From contig CAIIXF020000001.1 in assembly GCA_903813345.2 (NCBI GenBank), positions 13,082,001-13,146,000 on the forward strand: a stretch of 64,000 nt of DNA, in the 5' to 3' direction. The notes below the pieces were generated by a model. That model was not told the origin of the DNA and searched no databases. It saw only the letters and a list, made by a program, of their open reading frames with translations. A program made the translations under genes and the position numbers. The stretch comes from Owenia fusiformis (taxonomy: Eukaryota). Shown piece by piece: positions 60,833-64,000 of this stretch (position 1 is the first letter of the stretch; every line of letters begins with the position of its first letter).

Positions 60833-62035
60833 TATTATCCCACCGAACGAAGTTCGAGGGGGATATAGAAAAGCCGTTCGTCCGTCCGTTCGTCCGTCCG
60901 TTCGTCCGTCCGTTCTTCCGTCCGTCCGTTCGTCCGTTCGTGTGTCCGGGCAATAACTCAAATACCGGTTGACGGATTTCATTCAAATTTTATAGGCTTA
61001 TGCCTTATGGGTGTAGGACCTCTGCTCGAGAAGGAATTTTCAATATGGCTGCCAAATTCAAAATGGCAGCCATTTTTCCCAAAAAATATAATCTTTGATA
61101 ACTCAAATACTAGTGGATGGATTTGGTTCAAATTTTATATGCTGTTGCCTGAGTACAAAGGAGCCTTGCTCAAGAAGACATTTTCAAGATGGCCGCCATA
61201 TTTAAAAATGGCGGCCATTTTTTAGAAAAAACGTTATGTTTGATAACTCAAATACCATAGAATGGATTTGGTTCAAATTTTACATGCTGATGCCTAGGGA
61301 CATAGGAGCTCTGCTCGAGAAAGAATTTTCAAGATGGCAGCTAAATTTCAAAATGGCCGCCATTTTTCATAAAAGAACGTAACCTTTGATAACTCAAATA
61401 CCAGTTGATGGGTTTAGTTCAAATTTTATATGCTGATGCCTAGAGACAAAGAAGTTGTACTCAAGAAAATATTTTCAAGATGGCCACTGAATTTCAAAAT
61501 GGCCGCCATTTTTCGTAAAAAAAACGTTATCATTAATAAGTGGATGGATTTGGTTCCAATTTTATATGCTGATATTTAGGGAAAAAGGAGATCTGCTTCA
61601 GAAGAAATTTCAAAGGCATCAGCTGAATTTCAAAATGGCTGGCTTTTTTCATAGAAAAAGTTCGTCTTTGATAACTCAAATACCATTGGACGGATTTACT
61701 TCAAATTTTATATTCTGATGCCAAGAGATAAAGGAATTCTGCTTGAGAAGAAAATTTCAAGGTGGCTGCTATTTATCGAAATCTCCGCCATTTTTCATTA
61801 AACATGTAATCATTATCCTTGATAACCCAAGTACCAGTTGACGGATTTGGATTAAATTGAATATGCTGATGCCTTGGGACATAGGAGCTCTGCTAAGGAA
61901 GAAATTTAAAGATGTCAGCTGAATTTCAAAATGGCAACCATGATTCATAAAAACATAATTCTGATAATTCAAATACCAGTATTTATCAAAACATGTTTTG
62001 TTCGGTGGGATTTGCTACTCCGTGGAGTTGCTGTT
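60833..62035 (+). mobile_element. HINE family C (complete)
   Basis: subTIR atcccaccgaac / gttcggtgggat; (ccgt)n microsatellite; about 145-bp core repeats; 3' hairpin actcc-gt-ggagt. Confidence 0.88.
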
Positions 62036-62876
62036 TTTCTAGTTACAGTATATACTGTATATTCATTATTCACTCTGCTGTAACTAGCACCCATGCCTCC
62101 TTCTACTGAGATGCTACTGTCTGTGGTAAATGATATAATTAATCATCTGTCTGACAAAAAAATCCCTTGTGGCTTATGTGTGTGTTAACTAATGAACTGT
62201 TGATCTAATAGCCGTAAATTACATGTACAAATGACCTATTGTTAAGTGATATAAGTCACCATGATCTTCAGGCAATTTTGACATTTGAGACTTTTAAGTT
62301 GATTTAAAACAAAATCATTGACATTTGATTCAATAGAGCTTGTCATGTAATGCCATTTTGGGCTAATTCACATAATCAGATAACTATTTAACCTGTATAC
62401 TCGAGGTCAACTGGGTAGATTGTTCACCTTCATTGTCTAATGTTGCTGGATAGTTTCAAGGCCAGGATATATCAAGGGGTGAAGAATCTCTTATCTGTAA
62501 ACTTTGAATGAGAATCAATAGAATTTGTTATTCTGAGTAACTATAACCTCAAAAACAAAAACCCTGAAAAGTATAAATTTGCAGAATCCATGTGAATAGG
62601 TTTGTTTTATATTCTGCCTAATTTTCGTTTGTTACAACTCTTGCACTTCATTTATTGGACATTGTGAGTATGTTAATTGGCCACTTAAAAATCCAAAATA
62701 CATGAGGGTTTTAGTTTACATATATACTAATCAATGCAATTTTTTGGAGAACATTGGCCAGATAGGTTCTTATCAAGCCAAGATGGCACTGTTTGATATA
62801 ATCAAAGACACCAGACAAATGACTTTCTCCATGGCATATCCTTTTTGGCAATTTAAGAATTAGCTGGATACATCTG

Positions 62877-63362
62877 TGTATTTCATACCTATTGAGGTTC
62901 TAGGTACATAACGAGCGGGAATATTTACTGTATCTAGCCAAGGCCCGGGGCGGGATGGATACACGCTGTATCCATCCCGGTCCCGCTCCTGAATTTTTTT
63001 TCACAATTTAAAAAAAAAAGATTTTTCAAATTTTTTTCAACTTTTTTTTTTCAAAATTTTTTTTTCTATTTTTTCCAAAAAATATTTTCCCATTCTTTTT
63101 CAAAATTTTTTTCCCATTTTTTTCAAATTTATTTTTCAAAATATGAGTTATATGAGTTTGAAAATCTCAGAAACTTAAAAAACCACTTTATAACACCAAG
63201 AAAATGCGTATCTTAAGTATATTTTTGAATTTTGGAAGGTATATGACGTACCTAGAACATCAGTAGGTATGAAATACATCTGTTATGTACGGTCGGTTTT
63301 GGATACAGGGTTTATCCCTCGGGAAATATGTGTATATCCCTCGGTCCCTCGGGATATACACA
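62877..63362 (+). mobile_element. Second copy of the Crypton/Helentron-like element seen at 2975
   Basis: tgtatttcatacct...ggttctagg; gtaggtatgaaatacatctgttatgta; hairpin tgtgtatatccc...gggatatacaca. Confidence 0.7.
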
Positions 63363-63659
63363 AGTCCTGACTATTTGATAAAGGAAAAAACCATTTGTTC
63401 CTTTTATTTGAGTCAAAAAATAGAAAAACACCATTGTAAAATGTAATTTTTGAAATGAGATACTTTATTTCAGATAGACAATTTGTAAATCAAATAGCAA
63501 CATTTATTTTATATTTGTAAATCAGTGTTAATACTTTAAGTTATTGCTTCCAATATATGCTAAAAATGTATCAAAAAGGTGAATCTGTTGGTTATAGAAC
63601 TCTCTATACAAGAGATAGTCCTTCAAGTGTAGACATGTATAAAGAAGACCGAATAATTA

Positions 63660-63925
63660 TCCGTATAGAAATTTCTATACGAAACAAGCTACTCATTCAT
63701 ATAGAAATTTCTATATTAGAGAAATGGTTGCCGTTAAGAAATGCTGCCTGTATAGAAATTTCTATAGCAAACTCGATGACTATACGTATAGAAATTTCTA
63801 TACGAGGCAAACTAACAATAGAAAAGATGCATACTTGGAAATGGTTACATTTCTTCATGTGTATAGAAATTTCTATAGCATACCCTATAACTGTCCGTAT
63901 AGAAATTTCTATACGAGGCAAGTTA
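63660..63925. repeat. Array of six tatagaaatttctata palindromes (higher-order unit about 110 bp)
   Basis: Copies at about 63662, 63700, 63751, 63786, 63862 and 63896. Confidence 0.85.
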
Positions 63926-64000
63926 ACAATGTATATAAAAATATCCATACTGGGGAAATGGCTGCATGGCTGGCTGCATGGCTGGTATTCTCGATTACTA

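Noticed and set aside
60775-60986. RPFV/GRTD repeat ORFs
   Set aside because: Translations of the (ccgt)n microsatellite of the HINE
63662-63948. Heat-shock elements (aGAAatTTCt) and an 83-aa IEISI-repeat ORF
   Set aside because: Only two nGAAn units per site, whereas three are canonical; the ORF is a by-product of the palindrome array

Overview
AT-rich, intron-dense animal genomic DNA; the repeat landscape suggests an invertebrate, probably a lophotrochozoan (inference). The main feature is a complete Nipped-B/NIPBL (Scc2, cohesin loader) gene on the + strand, assembled by hand as 44 GT-AG coding exons from 4101 to 45333 (about 2184 aa; phases are consistent). Its 10.4-kb intron 40 (31040-41475) holds an intact intronless class A GPCR on the same strand (34149-36623). 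This receptor has an unusual ectodomain: signal peptide, about 23.5 x 13-aa N-glycosylation repeats and an 8-Cys domain. The intron also contains a probable decayed head-to-head GPCR relative, and the pair is bracketed by copies of one Helentron-associated (HINE/pearl-like) element. Other introns hold a 5'-truncated LINE with an open RT ORF, an internally deleted mariner with about 190-bp TIRs, and hAT, piggyBac, Kolobok-like and Crypton-like non-autonomous elements. Two candidate alternative Lys-rich NIPBL exons are present, one of which would switch a PxVxL motif on or off. After the NIPBL 3' end there is a Harbinger-like MITE, a probable promoter or first exon near 49.7-50.3 kb and about 14 kb with no recognisable coding exon. 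All assignments come from manual reading and recalled family motifs; no database search was run.
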